A DNA stretch of 22,735 nucleotides from Coniocarpon cinnabarinum (taxonomy: Eukaryota). The position numbers and the translations under genes were made by a program. Shown in pieces: positions 9,705-19,204 of this stretch; positions within the stretch are counted from its first letter, which is position 1, and each line of letters opens with the position of its first letter. The stretch covers positions 62,001 through 84,735 of the forward strand of contig JAVECO010000098.1 of NCBI GenBank assembly GCA_051942205.1. The letters run 5' to 3'. Below the pieces are notes generated by a model. It ran no database searches, was not told the origin of the DNA, and saw nothing but the letters and a program-made list of their open reading frames with translations.

Positions 9705-10264
9705 TCACTCTGTTCCTCGTACCTTGGCGGTGCCGGCAGCCTGATTGCGCACTCTGTCAGCATTGTTCTGGTCGACTTGGGGCCATTGTGCGCGCAAGAA
9801 TTTCGACGACATGAACGAGAAAGACAACCGACCTTTTTCCCAGGCTTTTTCATGACCGCACCTTCGGCTTTCAGTACAGCTCCCTACGAGCACGTCAGTC
9901 AAACAGCTTCGCGAATGCGCGTCCCGCGCGTCCCGCGACACCATGGAGGCTGGCGAAGAGATGGGCTTGAGGACGAGACACCAACTTTGACAGGTTGCTT
10001 CTTCTTCGCGCCAGTTTTCGTGACTTTTGCGCTGGTGTTGGCTTTGGCGGCCGGCTTTTTGGACGTCGTCTTTTTAGTCACCGTCTTCGTCTTGGATGCG
10101 GGTTTCTTGGCCGTATTGGAAGTCTTCTTGGTCGTGCTATTCTTAGTGCGCGTGGTTTCAGACTTGGTCTCCACGACAGGAAACTGGCGCGGAGTGATCT
10201 TGCCAGTCTTCGTGCGAGTTTCGCGACTGGACGTGGACGGCGCAGCTGCCTTTTTCGGAGCCAT
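9705..10264 (-). CDS. Small Lys/Thr/Ala-rich basic protein resembling a histone H1 tail, 121 aa; exons 10264-9986, 9883-9833, 9740-9705
   Basis: Start context AAAGATGG. Exon 1 reads MAPKKAAAPSTSSRETRTKTGK...KKPAAK...KKKQPVK. Intron GTTGGT..ACTGAC..TAG, exon 2 GAVLKAEGAVMKKPGKK, intron GTCGGT..GCTGAC..CAG, exon 3 AAGTAKVRGTE*. Both introns are phase 0 and give a continuous frame. The C-terminus resembles the 'PGxKAAGTxKxxGT' end of uncharacterised fungal proteins (recalled, not searched). Confidence 0.75.
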
Positions 10265-10410
10265 CTTTAAAGAAGTGACTCGGATCTTGGCTTTGAATGA
10301 AGATTATGGCAAAAAGAGTCCAGAACTACTGCAAGCAATATGTAAGTTGAGGCGCGTGACGCAAATGCAACGGAGACGAGTTGCGACTCGAAAGCAAGGA
10401 AGACAACGAG

Positions 10411-10439
10411 GTAAACAGAAACGCGCTTGCGCAAGCGCG
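10411..10439. promoter_or_regulatory. Perfect 18-bp palindrome CGCGCTTGCGCAAGCGCG (10422-10439) next to a forkhead-like GTAAACA (10411-10417) and an MCB-like ACGCG (10421-10425)
   Basis: Seen directly, ~150-175 bp upstream of the ATG at 10264. The regulatory role is inferred. Confidence 0.4.
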
Positions 10440-11604
10440 GGCGCAAAGGCTGGCTGGATTGTGCACGTCCAAAAATGGTGCGACTGCACCTATACTTACA
10501 CGAATGCTCTGGTGTCGCTTATGGAAATCGTCGAGTTGGCGTAATCAGGTCAAACAGCGTCTAGATCTGATTAGAATGAGCTGAAGAAGAAAAGTTGCGA
10601 AAAGGCTGCGTGCCGCCTTGTTTGACAACAAAGCAGACAAGCCAATCACTGCCTCACATTTGTTGATCCCCTTTTCCCAACACACACTGTATCCGCGCTG
10701 CGTCAGGCAAGTAAGAAAGGCAGCCGAGACCTTTGCTAAGTCCAATTCATGGTTCAGAAAGCCTCTGATCAACTGCGAAGGCACATAGGCTTTTTCGCTG
10801 GGCCTTCCCCCAATTACGCTCACCACTTGCACGCCTCGTTCACGACATACTGACCTGTAAGGCGGTTGACAAGTCTTCCCCCAACACACGTCGAAGGATC
10901 AAGTATCTCAACGTCCACAATAACACAGAGGCCCGCAAGCGCTCGAATACTATCACAGTCGGTCTGCTCTTGTCCAGACTTCTTGTATTCACTATATATA
11001 CACAAGACTGGTTTCATAAACACTCACGAAAGAAACTTCGCTACGAAACTGGAACGATGTTTGTCCAGCTCCACGCACACCATTCTTTACTTAGTGTTCA
11101 TCAGTCAACGTACGTGTACCAAGCAGCTCTCTTCATGTGCAAGAGCCGACTGTCTGTACCGCCCACGATCCAAGCGCAGCACTTTTCGCAACGAACATGA
11201 CTCGGAGTCAAGACTTCCATGGCGCGACCTCCATCTCCTCTCTTGAGGAATGCCATCGCTGTGTCGGGCGCATGCTCAGTCCAAGCACTGCAAACATCAC
11301 AGTCTCGCCCTATGCATGGGAGCTTGGGCGAACCGTACGCAGAGTGCGCAAAGGAAAGGTCAGGGGCATCAATGCAATTGAGAATGCTATCTAGCGAGTG
11401 ATCTAGGTGGGTATCGTCATGATCTGAATGTACTGTTTCAACAAAATTGTTCCGCTGACCTCCGCCGCGACCTCCAAACACCAAATCAACGCCGCGCTAT
11501 GCATCGGTGCTTCATCTTATTGGGGCTTTTTTAGTTTCTTCGCGTCCCCTCACCGTGTAATTTTGAACCTGCAATCACTCAAAGCCGCAGCGAGTTCATC
11601 GGGA

Positions 11605-14600
11605 CTACATATGCTCCTTTGCCATGGTTTTCTCCGTTCCCATCCTCTTGCTCATGAAATCGTAAAAAGCGAACTGGCTCGGCGTGCTCCCGCGCTCATA
11701 AACAAAGTTACTGGCGAGGTAGCTCCCGAAGATAGCTCGCAGGTAGTTCTCAGGCACACGATGCACAATGGTCTCGAAGCCGATCTTGTCAAGCAAAAGT
11801 TTGGGCAACGCGTCCATAAGAACGCTTTCTCGAAGCTTCTTGTTGTGCCAAAGTTCCGAGTTTTGAAGCTCCTCGTCCAGTGATGTAATGGCCAGGGAGA
11901 GCTTGTCGGACAAGACAGAGCGTGCAGTGTCCGTCTCTGCGTGCTCGCGCCACAGCGCGTCGAACTCGAGGCGAGCGTTGCGACGGATGACTTCCTGCAC
12001 ACTTGAGACATATTTTTTATAGAATTCAGGGACCCTTCCATCGTCACGAATGCACATGTGCTCCAGGAAGTTCTCATCGTCGAATGCAAGTGACGCAAGA
12101 ACTTCCATGGAGCTACTTGTCACACCCCCCTTGTTCGTGGATGCGTCCTTGAACACGATGCAACCTGCCTTCTCGAGGCGCAGCTTTGCGTCCTGAGTAA
12201 GGAACAAGTTGGCACCTTCGACAATGTATGGAATGGTTGCCTTTCCGTCTCTGATTAAACGGGAGACGGTGGAGATGTCAATCGACTCCGGGCGCCCACC
12301 ACATGGAACAAACATGTCGTAGTCGCCAGCACGTAAATGGAAGGTGTTGCGGAATGTCGTGCCATTATTCACGACTTCGCCTGTGGGAAGCGTGATATTC
12401 GCATCCTCAACCAAGACACGACAACCCTCTTTTGAGAGCTTCGCGGCGTCGTACGCCGAGATCATTGATCTGCTCAGGGCCAGACGCATCAGCTCCGCAC
12501 GGTCAAGGCCATTTGGGTCAACGAGAACGCCAGAGCCATCGACGATGGCAGAGTAACGTTCATTGCCGAGCAGTATCTCGTTGGAGCCAAGATCGCCATC
12601 TGGACCGCCGGTCTGGAGCTTACGCACCGCGGATGGCTCAAGATTGAGCTTCCGGTAGATGCCGTTCACATATTCACGCACTGATAATGTAGTCATGCCG
12701 TACGCATCATGCGGAATGCCGCCAAGTTTAGGCGATTTGCCAGTGAAGAAGGATTTCCACCACGGCGCCCCGCGCTTACGAGCATGCTCTGTAGCCCAGT
12801 CCACAAGATCGGCCGTGTTCTCGTCCGGGCCCATGAAGAGGATCTCTTCCTTCCCATGGCGATCAATGATGGGGTCTTTGATGCCGGGTGAGTCAGGCGG
12901 AAGGAGCAAGTCGATAATAGAATCGATGTACTTCTCGAAAGCGACACGCGTTTTGTCTTGATGGCGGTGGTCAAGAAGTATGACGCCTTTTGAGCCACCT
13001 TCTGGAATGTCTTTGTTCTTGCGCGCCTGGGTATTTGCGAGATTGTAATTCTCGTCGAAGAGTGACCTAACATTGATGCCATACGCTTCTCGGCTGCGTG
13101 ACTTGACGATGCGAATGCCTCCTCGAGCAATATCTTTGAAGCGCAAGTGGAACCCCCGAAATTCAGACGCAATAACAAGGAACATGCCATAGAGGGGTAG
13201 AGAATACTCTGCACGGGGCAGGAAGGAGGGTTCTAGTCGAAATGACAGAGCTACCTTCGTCGGCGTGTAGAAATTGGTCTTCAGCACGGACTTATTGAAG
13301 GTCCGGAACGCGGTCATCACCATTTCATGATGTTCGTTGACGACGGTCTGAGATATGAGATTCTTCAACTCTTCATCGGTCAGTACTTTCTCCACCTTAA
13401 GACGCAAGTAGCTCAGGGTAGGAAGGAAGTCGTCCTGTTCACCACGCGTCTGCACATAATGAGAATTTGCGAACGCGACGTAGAGTGCTCGGACTAGATG
13501 TGGGTAACTCATGATAATTTCCATGATGTAGTCAGACGTGAATGTCTCATTTCGGAGACGTTGCTTGATAGTGGCGAGCAGTTCAGCATGTGAGCTGTTA
13601 CCGTGATCTAGGAGCCCGGCCAGAGAATTGTACTCAGCCCCAAGTCGGTTAAGAAAGTGTCCTACAAACACCCAGCAGCAGTGGGCATAGATGGATTCCT
13701 GCAAAGTCAGTACGCTCTCCGCGAATTGGCTCTGAAACTTGCTCCTAGGAACACAATACAATAGCGAGACTTCCTTCACAATCTGGTGTATGGCCGCTTC
13801 TATTGGTGGATGGTGTCCTCCGCTGGGTGGAGGGGGAGGATTTGTGAGCTGTCGTAGATACAGAGAGATGACTGTGATACCGTTCGAAAATTGCTCCACG
13901 TATTTACGCGTCGACGCAAGTCCGTAGTGATGGTAAAGATCTGACAGAGCGCTAAAAAATCCCAGTGCAGAGCCTCGTCTGTACGCAACCACCAGCCGCT
14001 TGTCACGCTTGCCTTGAATATCAAAGACTTCCATGACCGGGCCAGTGCGATTCACAGCCAGATGCACGATCTCCTGATAGACATCTAAGGTGTTCCTCGT
14101 GGCTTTCTGCCTAAACTTTTTATCCGCGATCACATCCAGGCGGGTTTCGGTGGGACTGGGGTTTGGATCTGGGAAGTCACACTGATATACAAAGTAGCAG
14201 CGCAGCTGGGTCTCTTCTCCGCCCGCCTCTGGTAGTTTGCTGGATGAGCGAAAGGACTCCACTCTATACCGCTTGTTACCAGTGGATCCGTCAAGATATT
14301 TGCTGTCGATTCGTTGCTCGTAACGCGGTCCTGTGGTGTCGTTGATGCCTGGCTTGGATGTGTCGATATACACGGCATGATCTTCGGCCTCCTTGTCCAG
14401 ATTGATCTCAAGCCTCTTGTCATCCCTAGCATACGCCGCAACTTTCGCGGCGTACAGGGAATGAACGTGGCTTGCTATAGCTTCCGCGGTCTCCGTTGCG
14501 AAATACATGTCGTCGATACCCAGTTCCTCGTAGAACCAATTTGTTTCCGTCTCCACAAAGTCCACCGGCAGGAAACCCTTTGCTTCGACCATATCCATGA

Positions 14601-14841
14601 CCTGCTCCATCTGCTTCTCCTTGCCGTCAAATTTGGGAGCCACATATCCAGAACCTTGCTCAGTCATGACACGCGGGCTGGCAGCAGACGGACTCGGGGC
14701 GTGAGCGCTCGCCATGCCTCCAGGCACGCTGAGGTGCGTAGGCTGCGGAGAGGGTTGGCGGCCCGGCGTGCGAATGACATGGTCGAGGTGCTTGTTCTGC
14801 GGTGCTGGCGTCGCTGAGCCATTGGGAGAGGCGTTTGACAT
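11605..14841 (-). CDS. GDH2: NAD-specific glutamate dehydrogenase (large fungal GDH2/GdhB type), 1078 aa, intronless
   Basis: Motifs RQPSPQPTHL, EFRGFHLRFKDIARGGIRIV, KNKDIPEGGSKG, ILFMGPDENTA, FFTGKSPKLGGIPHD, QTGGPDGDLGSNEI, VPCGGRPESI, IVEGANLF and DASTNKGGVTSSSMEV. Confidence 0.97.
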   Translation of the reverse strand: MSNASPNGSATPAPQNKHLDHVIRTPGRQPSPQPTHLSVPGGMASAHAPSPSAASPRVMTEQGSGYVAPKFDGKEKQMEQVMDMVEAKGFLPVDFVETETNWFYEELGIDDMYFATETAEAIASHVHSLYAAKVAAYARDDKRLEINLDKEAEDHAVYIDTSKPGINDTTGPRYEQRIDSKYLDGSTGNKRYRVESFRSSSKLPEAGGEETQLRCYFVYQCDFPDPNPSPTETRLDVIADKKFRQKATRNTLDVYQEIVHLAVNRTGPVMEVFDIQGKRDKRLVVAYRRGSALGFFSALSDLYHHYGLASTRKYVEQFSNGITVISLYLRQLTNPPPPPSGGHHPPIEAAIHQIVKEVSLLYCVPRSKFQSQFAESVLTLQESIYAHCCWVFVGHFLNRLGAEYNSLAGLLDHGNSSHAELLATIKQRLRNETFTSDYIMEIIMSYPHLVRALYVAFANSHYVQTRGEQDDFLPTLSYLRLKVEKVLTDEELKNLISQTVVNEHHEMVMTAFRTFNKSVLKTNFYTPTKVALSFRLEPSFLPRAEYSLPLYGMFLVIASEFRGFHLRFKDIARGGIRIVKSRSREAYGINVRSLFDENYNLANTQARKNKDIPEGGSKGVILLDHRHQDKTRVAFEKYIDSIIDLLLPPDSPGIKDPIIDRHGKEEILFMGPDENTADLVDWATEHARKRGAPWWKSFFTGKSPKLGGIPHDAYGMTTLSVREYVNGIYRKLNLEPSAVRKLQTGGPDGDLGSNEILLGNERYSAIVDGSGVLVDPNGLDRAELMRLALSRSMISAYDAAKLSKEGCRVLVEDANITLPTGEVVNNGTTFRNTFHLRAGDYDMFVPCGGRPESIDISTVSRLIRDGKATIPYIVEGANLFLTQDAKLRLEKAGCIVFKDASTNKGGVTSSSMEVLASLAFDDENFLEHMCIRDDGRVPEFYKKYVSSVQEVIRRNARLEFDALWREHAETDTARSVLSDKLSLAITSLDEELQNSELWHNKKLRESVLMDALPKLLLDKIGFETIVHRVPENYLRAIFGSYLASNFVYERGSTPSQFAFYDFMSKRMGTEKTMAKEHM

Positions 14842-14874
14842 GACGTGCAGGCAGGAGGAAGGATGGGCGACAGA

Positions 14875-14966
14875 TCACGCGACGCCGGCGATGCTCAGAT
14901 GCAATCTGTATACAGCGGTGTCGTTCATGCGTGATTGATTGTGTAATAGAAACCGGAGATATACAT
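14875..14966 (-). promoter_or_regulatory. Two short tandem uORFs upstream of GDH2 joined by an ATGA stop/start overlap (14966-14925, MYISGFYYTINHA*; 14928-14875, MNDTAVYRLHLSIAGVA*)
   Basis: Read directly from the minus strand. They matter only if the transcription start is upstream of 14966, which is unknown. Confidence 0.3.
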
Positions 14967-15024
14967 GTGCGGTTCGCGCTTAGGGACCCGCCGTGCCCCG
15001 CGCGTAAAAGAAAGGGGGCAGGAT

Positions 15025-15039
15025 CGGCGGCGGCGGCGG
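15025..15039. repeat. (CGG)5 microsatellite upstream of GDH2
   Basis: cggcggcggcggcgg seen directly. Confidence 0.7.
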
Positions 15040-15478
15040 TGGTGATCATGCACTCGAGATCTGGAGCGTGTCGCTGCAGCAGGCAAGAGGCAAGGTCACG
15101 GGCCGAGATCAGTAAGACAGGGAGCAGAATAATGCCCAGAAGAGACGAGGGCAGGACAGACAAAGACTTGTGTTCGGTGGACTGGCGAGCCACTCAAAAC
15201 GTCCTTCAGCCTACATAGCGCTCCAGCTACTGTCAGGTCCAACACAAGCCTCCCTCCTCGACCGCGCTCCTCTTCCCTTCCCAAGACGCAGTCGTCGCCG
15301 TCCTCTCCCCCTCGTTGCGAATCCCTGGTGTCTAGCCACTACAATGCCTGTCTGTCGCTGGTCGGCACGCAGCCGCCGTTGCCAGCCCTTGCCGCGAGTC
15401 AAATCCAGCAAATCCTCCGGTGGCCTGCACGATGGCAGTCCCTCGAGATCCGCAAGAAAACCCGCACCACGTTGCTTT

Positions 15479-16904
15479 TCATGTCGGTAGCCTCTCATGT
15501 TTGAAAGACTTTCGCCCGGTGCTGAAGTCTTGCGCTGTGTCGCCTCGGCCGGAGAGGACATACTTGTAGATCGTGAGGCCCTCCAGTCCAACCGGCCCTC
15601 GACTGTGGATCTTGTTTGTGCTGATTCCAACCTCGGTCCCAAAGCCGTATCTCATGCCATCGGCAAAACGCGTGCTTGCGTTCCAGTAAACCCCAGCACT
15701 GTCTACTCCCACTTGGAAGCGTCTGGCCTTTTCCTGAGAGCTCGTCAGAATTGCATCTGTGTGGTGTGAGCCGTGTTCATTGATATGTGAGATGGCATGC
15801 TCCAGCGCTGCTTGCCCGTCATTTTCTTGCGGTATGGTTTTTATGGCCAAGGTGAGATCGAGGAACTCGGTGTCGAAGTCTGCGGATGTGGCAGGCTGCA
15901 GCAGCAGAGCTTGGTGTTTGTCGAGTGTCTGACTGAGTGCTTTTTTAGCCGTCTCGTCGCACCTCAATGATACGCCCCTCTCCAGCAAAGCCTCCGCGAC
16001 GACAGGCATGATTGTAAGCAGGCCCTGCTCATCAACAAGCAGTGTCTCAAGCGAGTTGCAGGCGGCAGGATAGTCGCATTTGGAATCCACGATGACCCTT
16101 GTAGCCATATCAGCATCAGCATCCGCGCATAAGTAGAGAATACAGAGGCCATCAGCATGGCCTAAGACTGGGATGCGGGTCTTGCCCTTGATGTGGGAAA
16201 CCAACTGATTTGAGCCTCGCGGTATGACAAGGTCAATGAATCTATCAAGTTGCAAAAGGGGTTCTATCGCATCCCGCGTGGCCACCAGCTGTATGGCATC
16301 GCTAGAAACCTCGGTCTGCTGCAAGGCTCTAGACACGACCGATGCGATGGCCTTGAAGGACTCCGTAGATTCTCTACCGCCCTTCAGAATCGCCGCGTTA
16401 CCCGATTTGACGGCGAGGGCAGTGATGTTTGCAATGACCTCCGGTCGTGCCTCAAAAATGATCAGAAGGACGCCAATCGGACAACTCACCCGCTCCAGAA
16501 GAAGTCCGTCGTCAAGCTGCGTGCGAGATTGAACTCGGCCAACTGCACGGAACCATCATCAACATTTGACTACAGGGGCCCATCCTGGTGAAGCAGGTCT
16601 TACTTGGGTCTTCCAGATTGCAAACATCGAGGATACCTTTCAGCATGTCTTCATATTTGCCTGGCCGCGTAAGATCGAGGCGTTTGACCAGGCTCTGGCT
16701 CAGATGCCCATCGCGTGCCGCCTGTTGCGCAAGCTTCACGTCCGCAGCATTGGCCTCAAGAATTCGAGCGCGAGAGGCATGCAGCGCTTCGTGTATAGCG
16801 AGCAGAGCATTATTGCGTGCGTCGCCAGAAAGGGCAGCGAGCGAAAGTGCTGCGCGCGCAGCTGCCTGTGCGGCATCTTCGGGGGAGGCATCGGTGAGCG
16901 ACAT
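15479..16904 (-). CDS. PRO2: Gamma-glutamyl phosphate reductase (glutamate-5-semialdehyde dehydrogenase), 454 aa; exons 16904-16604, 16542-15479
   Basis: Motifs CPIGVLLIIFEARPEV, GNAAILKGGRES, IDLVIPRGS, PVLGHADGLC, DYPAACNSLETLL, GSHHTDAILT and NASTRFADGMRYGFGTEVGISTNKIHSRGPVGLEGL. A 61-nt phase-1 intron (16603-16543, GTAAGA..CAG) joins LEDP-IGRV. Confidence 0.96.
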
Positions 16905-17196
16905 GGAGCGCCTGTAACGAATGTTATCACCTTCTTACCACTTTGCAAGCCCGAGCCCACTTCGCAGTGCCGTTTGTTGTGCGTGGTAGAAATGACTCGT
17001 GTCGGCCACCCAGCCTGCAAGGGGCCGGCCTAAGCGCTCAGCCCTTCAGGGCCAGAAAAGGACGAGGCGGGGGGCCAAGATGTCGGGTGCCAAGCTGGAG
17101 GTCTGTGCTTCAGCCTTCCTTTAGCGCACCCGCCACCGGCTGCCAGCCCGGGATTCCCCACTGATTTTCGCCCCGGGTCCCTGGCGAGCAGGTGAG

Positions 17197-17227
17197 TAGG
17201 TAGGTAGGTGTATGTAGGTTAGGTAGG
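17197..17227. repeat. Imperfect (TAGG)n microsatellite in the divergent PRO2/Crh intergenic region
   Basis: taggtaggtaggtgtatgtaggttaggtagg seen directly. Confidence 0.7.
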
Positions 17228-17718
17228 CACCTGGGATCGAGCCACTTTCTGTACCATCTCGAGTCACCACTGCAACTCAAAACAGCGTCACCACGTCTCT
17301 GTCTTCGAGCGAGCATGGAGATGCGAAGTGCGTGCAACCTTCAGCTGATGGGCCGCGACTCAGCGCGAGCGAATTCTTGGAGGCTGGACTGAAATAGCCT
17401 CTCGTCCAATCCCCCAGCCACACCTCGAACACCTGGCACATTTGCCTCCACGCGTCGTCAGACCAACCTGCCACTGCCATTCCCTATGGCAACGCTGCGA
17501 CGATTGCATAAAATGCCTCCTCCCCAGAATGTACCTATCCGTTCGGCCTCCTTCAATACCATCCACACACATCCACCTCCGTCGTCCCTGTTCAACTCCA
17601 CATCGATCAGCACCATCATTCGCAACATCCTCAAGTCATCTGCTCAATCCCCATATATCTCAAAAGGAGCATCTATTGAGGACTCCATCACCGTCCCTCC
17701 ATTTCTAACTAGTCCGAC

Positions 17719-19204
17719 ATGCCCAGGGTGCGGCCAGCTGCTCTTACCGCGCTAACCTCATTCCTGATCCTCCAACTCACAATCGCTCAAACCTCCTCGA
17801 AATGCAATCCCCTCAGCCAGCAATGTCCTCCCGATCCTGCGCTCGGCTCCACAAAGAACGTTGACTTCACGCAAGGCGCCGCCTCCTCCGACTTCTCCAG
17901 CACGGGTCCGGTGTCGTATGATGGTTCGAACGGCGCCTGCTTCACGATTGCGAAGAGCGGTGATAATCCCACCATCATGTCCAACTGGTACATCATGTTC
18001 GGAAAGGTAGACATCACCATGCAAGCCGCCACTGGTACAGGCATTGTGAGCAGTCTCGTCATGGAGTCAGACGATCTTGATGAGATCGACTGGGAGATAC
18101 TGGGCAGCCAAGGAACGAAGGTGCAGACCAACTACTTTGGCAAAGGCCAGACTGGTAGCTATGACCGCGGAGCCACCTCGGACGACCCAACGGCGACAAG
18201 CAGTTTCAACACCTACACGATTGATTGGACCTCCGATGAAATTGTCTGGCAACTCAACGGACAAACCGTGAGAACACTCAATCAGGCGAATGCGGCTGGA
18301 CAATATCCTCAAACGCCATTGAAGCTCAAGCTTGGAGCGTGGGCGGGGGGCGATTCCAGCAACGCTCAGGGTGTCGTTTCCTGGGCTGGTGGGAGCACCG
18401 ACTATAGCCAAGGCCCATTCAAGATGTTCATCAAGAGCGTGACAGCGCAAGACTACTCGACGGGCAAGACTTACTCCTACTCTGGCACAGACGGCACGTG
18501 GACACAGGTGCGCGCCGATGGTGGAAGCGTCAACGGTGGCAGTACCCAGGTCTCATCGGCCATGTCATCCTCAGCGGACACCACAACTACAAGCGGTCAA
18601 CCTGTCCCATGGTCGGGCACTCACGCAGAACCCAGTCAAAGCTTCACAGCACCTTCCGTCTACCCTTGGGTCTCTGGACCTCAAAGCTCAGGCTCGTCAT
18701 CATCTTCTGATGGCGCCGCACACCCGATCATGCCTGCGAGCTCGGCGACTGTGAGTATGGACACATCCCTTTCTTTTTTGCTGCTGCTGCCCCTACTATT
18801 TCTCACTGCTCAATGTCGCGAGGCTTTTCACTGACTGAATTGCGCAGCCTACCCCAGTCTCTGGACTCTCGGAATCTTCACCTGCACCAGCGTCTACTGG
18901 TTCTTCGGCATCCAGTAATGCCAGTCCATCCGCGACGGCATTTCCCAGTGCGCCCTTCAGAGCAGGTGGTAGCACTGGTCCCTACAACCCTCCTGCAGGG
19001 GCGAGCAATGGCTTCGCAGCCGCTCCCGCTGGCACAAGCCTCAGCACTGTTTTCAGCCATACCACACCCATCAAGGCCGGCACTGGATTACCTACGCCTG
19101 CTCCGTATAAGGGCGCAGCGGCAGGACGAACTCCTCCAGCACTTCCGGCCCTCGCAGCGGCATTTACCGGCGTGTTTTGCTGCTTAATCCTTTCATGGGC
19201 CTAG
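17719..19204 (+). CDS. CRH1: GH16 Crh-family chitin/glucan transglycosylase, GPI-anchored cell-wall protein; spliced form 462 aa (exons 17719-18750, 18848-19204), intron-retained form 371 aa ending at 18834
   Basis: Signal peptide, CNPL...CPPDPALG, WYIMFGKV, catalytic SDDLDEIDWE, QTNYFGKG, YPQTP..LKLGAWAGG and a Ser/Thr-rich stalk. A 97-nt phase-0 intron (GTGAGT..ACTGAC..CAG) is followed by an open exon ending PYKGAAAGRTPPALPALAAAFTGVFCCLILSWA*, a GPI-type signal. Exact Crh paralogue uncertain. Confidence 0.9.

Noticed and set aside
9693..10544. 283-aa + strand ORF with a long hydrophobic, membrane-like stretch
   Set aside because: It is the antisense shadow of the Lys/Thr-rich minus-strand gene (AAG/AAA/ACC reversed give Leu/Phe/Gly/Val). 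It starts at TTG and has no recognisable domain.
10446..11604. Unexplained ~1.2-kb interval with several 60-150-aa ORFs, a TATATATA (~10993) and scattered splice-like motifs
   Set aside because: I could not assemble a consistent exon chain or recognise a protein or snoRNA box pair. It is most simply the GDH2 3'UTR plus promoter, although a lncRNA cannot be excluded.
17197..17227. TAGG repeat as an interstitial telomere or telomerase-RNA template
   Set aside because: The unit is TAGG, not TTAGGG; this is a common fungal intergenic microsatellite.
17486..17755. 89-aa ORF overlapping the Crh start codon
   Set aside because: It spans a C/T/A-rich promoter or leader region, with TATA-like CATAAAA near 17507 downstream of its ATG. 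The product is low-complexity and probably not translated.
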